From NCBI GenBank assembly GCA_905233975.1, contig CAJOGD010000005.1:10362-74361 (forward strand): a stretch of DNA of 64,000 nucleotides, read 5' to 3'. Below are positions 54,186 to 63,839 of the stretch, piece by piece; within the stretch, counting starts at the first letter, position 1, and each line of letters starts with the position of its first letter. Source of the stretch: an uncultured Alphaproteobacteria bacterium. Its GTDB lineage: Bacteria > Pseudomonadota > Alphaproteobacteria > Rs-D84. The notes under the pieces were generated by a model. The model saw only the letters and a program-made list of their open reading frames with translations, searched no databases and was not told the DNA's origin. Made by a program: the position numbers and the translations under genes.

Positions 54186-54631
54186 TTTATAACAGGTTGG
54201 GGTCTTGTAATGGTCGATTTATAATTTACAGCCCCCAAACAGATACTATTTTACCCAATTTTATTAAAAGACACAGTTTTAACCGTTTGTGTCTTATCAA
54301 CCAACGGAGTGATTATTTTGGGGTATCTGACCCCGGGTATGGTGAAAAAACGCCTTTACGTTACGGTGCGTATAAATATCACACCTGATAAGTATTTGAT
54401 GGTGTGTGTAAACGACATTATTGGACATTATGGACTTAATGAATAGACGTCTTGAAAAATAATGTCGGGCATTATCGGTATAATTTATAAATGGGCACGA
54501 CACCCAAGTAAACAATTACACCTATAATTAAAATAAAAATATAATAAAAACAATACATTATAACAATACACATTCCCCATAATTTAATAACACACATTAC
54601 TTTATGGGGCACAACATACAGGAATAATAAA

Positions 54632-55153
54632 ATGAAAAAATTCATAACAGACACTTTTTATACAAAACAACAATATCTTAAAATACTTCCACAACTTATT
54701 GACTTCTTAAACGAAAATAACCCCACACATTATTTGTGTATTCGTTTACCACTTTTTTCTGAAACATCTGATATGTATAAAGCACTTGATATATTGCACC
54801 CCATTTTATTGGACCTTGAACGTATATTAGGTGGGCTACATTGGAACAGACACCACTTACGTTTTCGTGGTGTAATCGAACTGGGTAAAAAACACGTGTG
54901 TCATTTTCATATTCATTTAACAGCACCCAATCACACATTGGAACAAATACAACGTGCTTGTGAAATTATTATGCACTTACATAAAATGCCGTCCAGGGCA
55001 ATAGACGTGCAAAACATAAACCGAACACCTGAAAATCTTGCTGGGTATAACAGTAAAGAAATTTTAACAGATAACCACCAACATTTTGACTCACTTAGGT
55101 TATTTACATCTGAACAATTATTGAATATTCCGTATAAAAGCCCAAAACAATAA
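54632..55153 (+). CDS. HUH endonuclease / rolling-circle Rep-like protein
   Basis: GVIELG...CHFHIHL (motif II) and YNSKE (YxxK motif III). Confidence 0.7.
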   Translation: MKKFITDTFYTKQQYLKILPQLIDFLNENNPTHYLCIRLPLFSETSDMYKALDILHPILLDLERILGGLHWNRHHLRFRGVIELGKKHVCHFHIHLTAPNHTLEQIQRACEIIMHLHKMPSRAIDVQNINRTPENLAGYNSKEILTDNHQHFDSLRLFTSEQLLNIPYKSPKQ

Positions 55154-55160
55154 TAAATTG

Positions 55161-55355
55161 TTATTTTTGAACGTCATGCACCCATTTACCATTTGAATCA
55201 TATACGTGGTTATGGGTGCTGAAAGTTCCACCACTGGTAATAACAAAATCGGATGTATATGATACCAATTTACCATTTACACGACAATATTCACGATTGG
55301 AACTATCGTAAAGTCCAACTTGATTTCCAACCTGACGAACATACATAATTTTCAT
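55161..55355 (-). CDS. Small beta-rich hypothetical protein
   Basis: 64 aa, AAGGA upstream, YDSxG-like repeats. Confidence 0.6.
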   Translation of the reverse strand: MKIMYVRQVGNQVGLYDSSNREYCRVNGKLVSYTSDFVITSGGTFSTHNHVYDSNGKWVHDVQK

Positions 55356-55486
55356 ATAAAATCCTTTTGTTTGAACGATTATATAATATGAAAATGGTGG
55401 TCGCAAACGGGTAATTTAATAAAATTTGTTGATTTACACAAGGCACTATATCATACTTCTATACGTATAATAAAGAAGGGTCAAAT

Positions 55487-56251
55487 ATGGTAAAAATAAA
55501 AGTTACGAATGCCTGTGCACATTTTTTTGAGAACACAAATCATCTGGCTGAATTTTTTTATTACATAATTTGTACCACACAACAAGTTGATGAAATGAGA
55601 ATTTGTGCCGTCAAAGCATTAGCTAAGATACACGAACAAGAACCAGCAAAAGAAGAATTAAAACATGCGGCAACAGATAAATTGAAAAAATATTTCGGAC
55701 TAATATTGGAACTGTGGCTGTGTCGTTTGGTAGAATGTTATGAAAATTATTTGTCGTCTATCCTTAAAGATGTTTTTTTATGTTGCCCACAAATTTTAAA
55801 ATCATCAGAAGTGGTAAAACTAGATGAGGTTTTGAAATATAAAACAATGGATGATTTTGTTACAGAATTAACAGAAAAAAAAGTAAACGAATTATCGTAT
55901 TCGTCTTTTGACGATTTGTTTGATTTTTTTGATAAAAGATTAGGAGTAAAAATTATTGACGAAAGCAATAAAAGCATCGTAAGGGAAGCAATTGAAATCA
56001 GAAATATATCTGTTCATAATGATTGTGTTATTAACAGAAGATATATTAATAAATTACAATTAAACGAAAATCTTCTTGGGAACAGAAAAGATATAGAACC
56101 TGAATATTTAAATAATGTTATTGATGTTTTGTATAATAATGTCATGGAACTTGATGATAAGTTGATAAAGAAGTTCGAAATCAAGAATTGCAAGGTTGTG
56201 GGAGATGAATTTGTTAAACGTATAATGGAACAAAAAACTGATAAAAAGTAA
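55487..56251 (+). CDS. HEPN-like domain protein
   Basis: E..EIRNISVHN (Rx4H), helical composition, ECYENYL N-terminal motif. Confidence 0.65.
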   Translation: MVKIKVTNACAHFFENTNHLAEFFYYIICTTQQVDEMRICAVKALAKIHEQEPAKEELKHAATDKLKKYFGLILELWLCRLVECYENYLSSILKDVFLCCPQILKSSEVVKLDEVLKYKTMDDFVTELTEKKVNELSYSSFDDLFDFFDKRLGVKIIDESNKSIVREAIEIRNISVHNDCVINRRYINKLQLNENLLGNRKDIEPEYLNNVIDVLYNNVMELDDKLIKKFEIKNCKVVGDEFVKRIMEQKTDKK

Positions 56252-56374
56252 GTCCTTTACCAATATTTTTTAATAAAAAGAGACGACTGAAAATTTACAC
56301 ATCGTCCCATTTTTGTTACTATTATAATACAAAAATACCCTGTCGCATACTAAAAAATGAAACTTATTACAATT

Positions 56375-56947
56375 TTATTTATCTGTTTTAATGGCTTTAC
56401 TTATCAACTGTGCTATCAGGGTAAAAATTAAAGAAAAAATTATTCCCGCTAAAATTTTTCCCGTTATGTTATCGACTTTGTTTTTTATGTTTTCAGGTGT
56501 TGTATTTTTTGTGTTATTATCTTGATAAACAGGTCTATCTTTAAATCTTTCACTACATTCATCTTTTACTTCTGTATGGAAAGTCGCCAGATAAGAATCA
56601 ATTTCGTTTCCTGTCATATTTTTTAATTTTTTCCAGTCAACTTTGTCCATCATAGTCAAAGTATAACAATCACACACTTTTTCAAGCATATAAAGTGTTT
56701 CGTTATCAAGTGGTTGTTTTTGTTTAATTCTTTGTTTGCCATTATCAATACAGGTTTTATACAGTGTATTATAAAAAGAAACTTTGACTTGTTTTTGTTC
56801 CTTTTGTTCTTGGGTAAACTCTGTGTCGTTATTATGTAAATCTAAATTTTTCAATTTACTGATATTTTGTGAAAAAGTAAATCCGTCCTGAGCATTTGCA
56901 CACAGGGTATTAAAGACCAAAAAGACCATAAATACAATTTTTGACAT
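56375..56947 (-). CDS. Exported CxC-motif protein with C-terminal TM
   Basis: Signal peptide, KTC...KVCDCY...C, C-terminal hydrophobic helix. Confidence 0.7.
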   Translation of the reverse strand: MSKIVFMVFLVFNTLCANAQDGFTFSQNISKLKNLDLHNNDTEFTQEQKEQKQVKVSFYNTLYKTCIDNGKQRIKQKQPLDNETLYMLEKVCDCYTLTMMDKVDWKKLKNMTGNEIDSYLATFHTEVKDECSERFKDRPVYQDNNTKNTTPENIKNKVDNITGKILAGIIFSLIFTLIAQLISKAIKTDK

Positions 56948-57089
56948 AATAATACCTTATATTTGTACAGTTTTTGCACCGATTATAAATACTTTTAGGA
57001 ATCAAATCAACAAACTTTAATAACTTTTTGATTTTTTTCCTTTTATACATTATACTTCTGATGTGATTAGTATTTAAAAAGGTTTACCT

Positions 57090-57873
57090 ATGAAAAAACA
57101 TTTATTACTTGTATTAAAAATTATTTGTGGTGTATTGGTCTTATTGTGGTTGGTAGATAATTTTATAACTAATTCAAACAGAAAAAAAACAACAATCTGT
57201 TTCTCAACAGTATTTGCTTGAACAAACTTGTGTTAATGATTGTGTTAATGGTTTTAAAGATAAAAAATATAACGATATAACAAAAAAATTTAATTTTAAT
57301 CAGGAAGACATTGAAAATTATTGTAAATGTGCATGTCAAGAAAGTATTAAAAATGGCAAAAATCCAGACGATTCATCAGAAACATGTGTTAATAAATATT
57401 TACATCCTGGTCGTGTTACAGATGAATTTGATAAATGTGTTCGATTAGGAACTAGTAAATATAACGAAGATATTTTTTGGGAATCTTTTGCAAAACAGCA
57501 AAATATGACAGTAGAACAAGTTAAACAAGCGTTATATCCCATGGACTTTAAATTATATGTTTCTTGTATTTGCGAACACAAATCGGCAGATGTATGTGGA
57601 AAATTGGTCGGTGCACAAGCACTGTTAGATGCAACTTTTGAACAATGTATCAAAGTAAATAAAGAACAATTAACAATTTCTTTTGAGCAAATAAAATCAC
57701 GTAACCCACAAAAAGAAACTGATTTATTGCAATCAAAAGAACAAGACATTAAAAATTATTGTAAATGTTTTATAAATAAGCAACAAAATATCAAAAAAGA
57801 GACTCTTTCTGTAATAGAAAAAGCAGATAAATTAAAAGTTGCAGAAAAAGGGTGTGTTGATTTATACTTCTGA
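57090..57873 (+). pseudogene. Membrane-anchored CxC-repeat protein split by a frameshift in an A8 run
   Basis: ATG 57090 encodes a TM anchor; removing one A at 57182-57189 fuses it to the 219-aa ORF (YCKC, YVSC, YCKC). Confidence 0.7.
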
Positions 57874-57889
57874 ATACAAAGGATTAACA

Positions 57890-58393
57890 ATGAATAGATT
57901 TATAAAAGTTGGTTTATGTTTTGCTGTTTTTTGTGTGATTATTGGGTTTGGATATCATTTTTATAGTCAACACAAAAAAATGGTAGAATATAAAAAATTA
58001 TTTGATGATTGTGATATAACTTGTAAAAATATGTCTGCGGGAGAAATACAAAACATTCGTCTTGGTATTAAGTCAGATGTAAAAAACTTAAAGGAAAATA
58101 TTGGTAGACCCATTAGTGACGAACAGTTAGGTAGTATAAAAAAGGCAAAAGAATATGATATATATATGCCAGATGGTTATTGGAGAGAACTTTGTACATG
58201 CAATTGTGATGTAGAAGCAAAAAACCAAACAGGTTTTTTTGACCCAAAGACAGAATCAGAAATAGATATTGTTGCAGCACAAGCGGATAAATCCGAATAC
58301 TATTTTAACTGTATACAAAACGTTAAAAATAAATATTTCAAAACCGCTTCAGAAAAAAAGAAAGAAGCGGATAGAGAGCGTGATGGTATATAG
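57890..58393 (+). CDS. Membrane-anchored CxC-motif protein
   Basis: AAGGA RBS, N-terminal TM, CDITC...LCTCNC. Confidence 0.72.
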   Translation: MNRFIKVGLCFAVFCVIIGFGYHFYSQHKKMVEYKKLFDDCDITCKNMSAGEIQNIRLGIKSDVKNLKENIGRPISDEQLGSIKKAKEYDIYMPDGYWRELCTCNCDVEAKNQTGFFDPKTESEIDIVAAQADKSEYYFNCIQNVKNKYFKTASEKKKEADRERDGI

Positions 58394-58991
58394 ATTGTCT
58401 ACTGGGTATTTTAATAAACTGGCACAATTAAAAATTCAACAGATATTTCCTGAATGGAAATTAGAATTGGTTGACAAACCTGATTTACAGGATGAAACAA
58501 ATAATATCGGAATTGAAGTTACTATTGCAAAAGATAAAGTAGATGGAATTTTTGATAGTGTATGGAATGAGTGGGCAGGGAAAGGAATTACATCAAACGA
58601 ATTTCGGGACAAATTTACAAATACTTATTTTAAAGAAAAAATTATTCCTGATATGGAACATCCTGTATGTGTCAAAGTGAACGGTAACTTAGATTCCGTA
58701 ATCATGAAAATTTTGGGTGCAATTAAAACAAAATCAAAAAAATTTAATGGTTACAAAAAATTTAATAAAAATGGATTATTCATTTATTGTCCTGAACCTT
58801 TATGGGAAGAACAATTTTCTGTGTTAAAACAACGTATATATGAAGGAATTTACCCATTTGATTTTTTTATAATAAGTATGACAAATAAACTGCTTTTGAT
58901 TGAAAATAATGAACTTAAAATATACGACATTGATTTTGATAAAATTGAACAATTAACACAAGAATCTTTAGATTTTTCACAAAATCATTAA
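58383..58991 (+). CDS. Putative PD-(D/E)XK-fold nuclease
   Basis: DKPDLQDETNNIGIEVT followed by a K..K...Y helix. Confidence 0.55.
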   Translation: MVYRLSTGYFNKLAQLKIQQIFPEWKLELVDKPDLQDETNNIGIEVTIAKDKVDGIFDSVWNEWAGKGITSNEFRDKFTNTYFKEKIIPDMEHPVCVKVNGNLDSVIMKILGAIKTKSKKFNGYKKFNKNGLFIYCPEPLWEEQFSVLKQRIYEGIYPFDFFIISMTNKLLLIENNELKIYDIDFDKIEQLTQESLDFSQNH

Positions 58992-59051
58992 ATTCTCCGT
59001 TTCGGACCCATATAGAACCATACAGAAACCATTAAAATTTGACACAGGATA
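58989..59051. repeat. 63-bp direct repeat, copy 1
   Basis: Matches 61155-61217 at 60 of 63 positions. Confidence 0.92.
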
Positions 59052-59125
59052 CCCTGAAACACGTTTTTATGGGGATTTATTATTGTTTGATTAAATGGTG
59101 TTTCTGTTAAGGTTTCTGATATAAA

Positions 59126-59659
59126 CTATAACATAGACAAGATCTCATTTTCATTTAATTTTTTACATTTAATAACTTTAAATTTGTTGCGAATATGTTT
59201 CAGTTCTGGTTTCCTGCTATACATCATGCCTTTATTTATATTAATCCCAACACTTTTAAACATATCTTTACAAATCAACAACAATTGATACGGTGATTTA
59301 TTTGAATTTAATTTGGAAGAAACTTGTAAAATAAAAGCACCTAAAGACATATCATCAATATGTGAATATACCGATTTTATTTTTTTTAACAACTCTTCAG
59401 GGTTTATGTTTTTTATTGGTTGCGCCTTTATTTCTATAGCCAATAAGTTTTTGCCTTTATATTTATATATACAATCAACGTCTGGTCCCTTTTTGCCACA
59501 CAAATCTTTACCTTGAATAAAAATTTTTTGTTTCAACAACGGTTCGGTTTCAAAATCGTTACATTCCCAATTAGATTCCTTATTTTCTGCACAACAACGT
59601 TCACACAATGAACAATGTGTACATTTTTTTCTTGGCAATGATTCAGATTTTTCTAACAT
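59126..59659 (-). CDS. Cys-rich putative PD-(D/E)XK nuclease, partner of the ABC ATPase
   Basis: CTHCSLCERCC, DVDCI...LLAIEIK; start overlaps the ATPase stop. Confidence 0.6.
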   Translation of the reverse strand: MLEKSESLPRKKCTHCSLCERCCAENKESNWECNDFETEPLLKQKIFIQGKDLCGKKGPDVDCIYKYKGKNLLAIEIKAQPIKNINPEELLKKIKSVYSHIDDMSLGAFILQVSSKLNSNKSPYQLLLICKDMFKSVGININKGMMYSRKPELKHIRNKFKVIKCKKLNENEILSML

Positions 59660-60957
59660 TAATCTATATCCGGTAATAAACTTTCCGCATCATAAAAAGA
59701 TTTGAATATCACATCTTCTTTTTCAGCAAAATTTTCCACGTTATCTATTATGCCCTTTTTTAAGTCTGCAAAGTAGAAATTGACCTTTGACTCCAATTTT
59801 TTAACATGAGCAAAATCTTGCAAAGCATTTATAAGTATTGAACTATGCGTTGTTAAGAGAACAGAGACATCATTTTCAAGCAAAGTTATCAATAATTCTG
59901 CTAACCTGACTTGCCATTCTGGGTGTAGATGATTTTCTGGTTCATCAAAAATAAACATGTGGTCAGATGACAACATGCCATATCTTGCCATTTTTTGTAA
60001 AATACCAAACATTTTTTCGCCAGATGCCATATTGCCAACATATAAATTATTATCTGTATTAGCTGGCACAAAGAAAAAATCCTGTTTGTCGGGTATATAA
60101 ACCAATTCGCCTTTTAATAAATCAGATAAATCTTTATATACTGATTTACACAAAGGATTCTGTGTTTTTTGGAAATTTACCTTCAATTTATCCAAAAGGT
60201 CTTTCCAATAATACGGTATATTAATGGCATTTGCCACCTGTAATAATAAAGGTGTTTCTATAAAAGTAACTTCTGGTAAAATACGTTGTTTCAGAGTTTC
60301 GTTAATTTTTATCGACAAACGTTCAGAAAATGGTAACACATTTGCATTATTAGAAATTTTATATTCCAACAATTTATCGCCATTATTATCAAGTACCACT
60401 TCTGACGTAGCGTGAGTTCCTAAATTATTAACTTGAAATCTGAACATTTGGTTATACATAAATTCCAAAGAATTTTTGATTTCTTCCTGTTCTGATATGT
60501 CTGTAAAAACACCCATTAAGTCATTTAATGATTTTTTTGCAGATAACTTGCTTTTTTCATCCAAAGTTAAAAATGTATCAATTAAATTGATTTGAGCAAT
60601 AATTATCCTATGTGCTTCGGAATAGTTATCTTCTTTTAACAATCTTACCAAAGTTTCTGCAAAACTAGCATTAAAACGTTCTAATAAAATACTTACATCG
60701 TGATTTCTTGATTTAGCATCAGATTTTTGCAAATTATTTTGAATACTATAAAACAATGTTCTGCACATACTTTCTACAAGCATTCTGCGGTTTTCAAAAA
60801 CAATTCTTTTGCTATTGCTAACGGACTTAATTATGGTATAAACAGTTTTGCCAACCGTGCTTTTACCTGTCCCATTAGGTCCCGCTATAACATTTAACCC
60901 ATTCAGAGTTATATCTGCTTTTTTGATATAGCCAACATTTTTCAGGGTTATTTTCAT
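59659..60957 (-). CDS. ABC-type ATPase (AAA_15/AAA_21-like)
   Basis: GLNVIAGPNGTGKST, MASGEK, FIFDEPENHLHPEWQ, LTTHS. Confidence 0.9.
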   Translation of the reverse strand: MKITLKNVGYIKKADITLNGLNVIAGPNGTGKSTVGKTVYTIIKSVSNSKRIVFENRRMLVESMCRTLFYSIQNNLQKSDAKSRNHDVSILLERFNASFAETLVRLLKEDNYSEAHRIIIAQINLIDTFLTLDEKSKLSAKKSLNDLMGVFTDISEQEEIKNSLEFMYNQMFRFQVNNLGTHATSEVVLDNNGDKLLEYKISNNANVLPFSERLSIKINETLKQRILPEVTFIETPLLLQVANAINIPYYWKDLLDKLKVNFQKTQNPLCKSVYKDLSDLLKGELVYIPDKQDFFFVPANTDNNLYVGNMASGEKMFGILQKMARYGMLSSDHMFIFDEPENHLHPEWQVRLAELLITLLENDVSVLLTTHSSILINALQDFAHVKKLESKVNFYFADLKKGIIDNVENFAEKEDVIFKSFYDAESLLPDID

Positions 60958-61154
60958 CGTAAAAATCCTATTGTTCCATTGTATGATAATGTATTTTTTT
61001 TACTTGACAAGCCTATTATATCATTTTTTGTAAAAAAAAACAGGGGTTAATTAAAATTTAATTAAATTCCCCTTTGTTGCCAGTAATTATATCACATTTT
61101 AACAAAAAAGTCAAATTTTTATTGTTTCTGCGCTGGTTTGTTAGAAAAAAATCG

Positions 61155-61217
61155 TAAATTCTTCGTTTCGGACCAATATATAACCATACAGAAACCATTA
61201 AAATTTGACACAGGATA
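61155..61217. repeat. 63-bp direct repeat, copy 2
   Basis: taaattcttcgtttcggaccaatatataaccatacagaaaccattaaaatttgacacaggata. Confidence 0.92.
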
Positions 61218-61302
61218 AGTTAAACCACCATTGGATTGGTGGTTTATTATTGATTATGGTTTTACAAATCTGGAATTAAATCTAAATTGTTTGTTTCTAC
61301 AA

Positions 61303-62814
61303 TTACAATTTTTTCATTGTTTTCGTCCATTTATCAAAATATGGTTGTAAAAAGTCATAATTCAACTTATCAATTTGTTCTTTTATCTGGGGTAAAGTGT
61401 GATTTGAATACGATTGTTCCATCGTGTTTTTGCCTTCCCAACCGATAATATCGTTAATAAAAGATTGGATTATTCCTGCATTTTGTAATCTTAAACTCGC
61501 GTTTTTGCGGAACGAATGAAAATCTAACTGGTCACCATTTTTTGATTTAACCCCGATTTCTTTCAAAAATACCGCCAAACCACGTGACCAATATTTATTT
61601 TCAAAATTGCCTGTTTTTGTCTTACATTTTGGAAAAATGAAGTCATCATCTGTGGTATTTAATTTTTCTTTTCTGGCTTTAACCCAATCAACAAAACCCA
61701 TATTCAACAACTGCGATGGTATCGGAACAATACGTTCAGATGCTTCGGTTTTAAGGTGTTTTACAGGGTGATTTTGTCTAAAATAAATACAATCAAGCCC
61801 ATCCTGGTTAATAATGTCACCATATTGCAAGGTTGTTGCTGCATTTATTCTGGCACCGGTAAACAAACCAATCAAAGCCGTCCAAAATTCGTCCGGGTTA
61901 GTTTTAAAGTGGTCGTATTTCGGGTCAAACATTTCCAATAATTGACTTTCGGAATACGGTAAATGTGGTTTTTGTTGGTGTTTTGGTGTTTTTGGTAAAT
62001 CAGGCAACAAATTTATAAAATTTTCTTGGTATGAATCTGGGGCTAAAATATGTGCTTGTTTTATCAAATCACGAATATATCTGACGTATTTTCGTTTGGC
62101 ATCACCCTTAATTTGATACCCTTTGATATTTTCTGCTATATTTTGGATTATTTCCGGATTATTAAAATCATCATAATCACAATCTGGGTTCAAACCCACT
62201 TCAGATAACATTTTTATAATACTGTTGTTTTTTCTGTCGGTTTCTGCTTTTTGGTTATTGGACTTTTTTAACATTGATTTCAAAACTTCACCAATTTTAT
62301 ATTTTTTGGTTTGTTTTGGTTGTTGAATTTGAGCACTTGCCAATAATTGTTCCACATTATCCACTTTGGCCAATAAAGCATTTATTTGTGGAATAACAGA
62401 TTTTAATTGTCCCAACATAATTTTGTCCCCGGGGTCAAGTTGGTTTTGTTGTATCAAATCTAACTTTTCGGACATGTTTTTTAATTGTTTTAAAACCATA
62501 GGGTTTGTTTTATCCGATATCCTGCGGGCTGCAAACCCGGTAAAATTACCACCAGTGCCACTATAATCAAATATTACCTGATTCCATAACGTATTGAAAT
62601 CATTCATAAATTGTATCGTGTCAAAATGTTCAACGTTTTCCGCCATAATTTTTGCTTTTTCCCTTGCTTCGTAATAATTGTAGGTATGTAACGATTTACA
62701 AAAGAACCGTCTTTTACCGTTTTGTCTTGGTAATTCCATTGTAAAATAAAAAATATTGTTTCGCAACCGGATGTATTTATCGGTATTACAATATGTCATA
62801 CACTTTTTTATCAT
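61303..62814 (-). CDS. Tyrosine recombinase/integrase
   Basis: N-terminal arm-binding-like domain, TGARIN, LKT..SER.VPI, FHSFRK, IIGW, QSYS; exact start uncertain (62814 or 62799). Confidence 0.92.
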   Translation of the reverse strand: MIKKCMTYCNTDKYIRLRNNIFYFTMELPRQNGKRRFFCKSLHTYNYYEAREKAKIMAENVEHFDTIQFMNDFNTLWNQVIFDYSGTGGNFTGFAARRISDKTNPMVLKQLKNMSEKLDLIQQNQLDPGDKIMLGQLKSVIPQINALLAKVDNVEQLLASAQIQQPKQTKKYKIGEVLKSMLKKSNNQKAETDRKNNSIIKMLSEVGLNPDCDYDDFNNPEIIQNIAENIKGYQIKGDAKRKYVRYIRDLIKQAHILAPDSYQENFINLLPDLPKTPKHQQKPHLPYSESQLLEMFDPKYDHFKTNPDEFWTALIGLFTGARINAATTLQYGDIINQDGLDCIYFRQNHPVKHLKTEASERIVPIPSQLLNMGFVDWVKARKEKLNTTDDDFIFPKCKTKTGNFENKYWSRGLAVFLKEIGVKSKNGDQLDFHSFRKNASLRLQNAGIIQSFINDIIGWEGKNTMEQSYSNHTLPQIKEQIDKLNYDFLQPYFDKWTKTMKKL

Positions 62815-62947
62815 TTTTCACCCCTTTGTTTTTTGAAGAAAGTGAAAATTAAAAGTGTTGGATTTCTAGGGTTTTCTGTAATTTGGTGTGTTCCAAACCC
62901 AAAAATAAAAATCCAACAAAAGTGTTGGATTTCTAACATTTTAACTT

Positions 62948-63024
62948 TGGTGCGAGCAAAGGGGCTCGAACCCTCGACCTCAACCTTGGCAAGGTTGCGC
63001 TCTAGCCAACTGAGCTACGCTCGC
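62948..63024 (-). tRNA. tRNA-Gly(GCC)
   Basis: GCGAGCG...TGCTCGC-A-CCA, anticodon loop TTGCCAA. Confidence 0.95.
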
Positions 63025-63157
63025 AGTTCGTGGGGTATTTTGACATACAAAAATTCATTTTGCAAGAAAAAAATATTCATATAAAAACCGCCCCATCCGG
63101 GGCGGTATGGCTTTTCATTCTAGAACCATTTCCATGGTTGCAGCAGTTTCAAGAAAC

Positions 63158-63637
63158 TCATCGCTGTGCGTTTATCGGCAAACGCATGGCCGCAACGTGG
63201 ACAAACGATGAATGGTGCGATTGTCGCCTTGTACTGTTTATAAATAATAAAAAATCCATATCATTTTGACGTTCTTGTTCTGTTAAAGAACGACCATATT
63301 TTATAAGTAATTTTTCTGCGAGAACACGCTGTTCTGAAGTCAATGTTTTAATAGATAAGCCTAACAATTTCATTATATCTCTATCAGTATACCGGTGCAA
63401 TTTTTGTACTGTATAAGACGCGTTTTTTCCAACAAACCGCTGATCAGCACCTACTTCTGAGTCATAAAAGGCTCTCAAATCTCCGACATTTGATAACGGA
63501 TAACCCACTATCTGCACTCCATTCATTTCTGCTATGATAGGCTCGTTAAGCTCTTTGGCACAATGCAAGAGATGCGATAATGCACCATTAACGGTCCAAA
63601 CTTGCATATTGTATTCCCAAGAATTTTGTTGTTCCAC
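63158..63637 (-). CDS. Hypothetical protein
   Basis: AGGAG RBS before GTG, terminator at 63083-63106, ends NAQR. Confidence 0.7.
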   Translation of the reverse strand: MEQQNSWEYNMQVWTVNGALSHLLHCAKELNEPIIAEMNGVQIVGYPLSNVGDLRAFYDSEVGADQRFVGKNASYTVQKLHRYTDRDIMKLLGLSIKTLTSEQRVLAEKLLIKYGRSLTEQERQNDMDFLLFINSTRRQSHHSSFVHVAAMRLPINAQR

Positions 63638-63839
63638 TTTACACTCCTTTTTACAACAGTATCGTATTACATTTTTTTAATTTGTCAATACGGTTGCAAA
63701 AAAATTCTATCGAAAAATTACCGTAATATATTCTCGGAACAATTAACATACAATAACAATCGCCTCTTCTTGATCGTGCTTTAACAGAAAAAACAAAAAG
63801 CCGCCAAAACTGACGGCTTGGTTTGGCACTATTAAACAA

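Larger units (their letters stand above)
53095..62964. mobile_element. ~9.9 kb AT-rich integrative island in tRNA-Gly
   Basis: 17-bp direct repeats, integrase next to the tRNA, sharp visible drop in GC, Rep-like and defence-like cargo. Confidence 0.92.

Noticed and set aside
58989..62814. Integron (IntI plus attC cassettes)
   Set aside because: The integrase looks like a tRNA-targeting island integrase, the repeats lack clear RYYYAAC/GTTRRRY ends, and cargo genes face both ways
53095..62964. Prophage
   Set aside because: No terminase, capsid, tail, Zot-like or lysis genes recognisable
62833..63269. Short plus-strand ORFs
   Set aside because: They overlap the tRNA-Gly gene and the 63158 gene on the opposite strand
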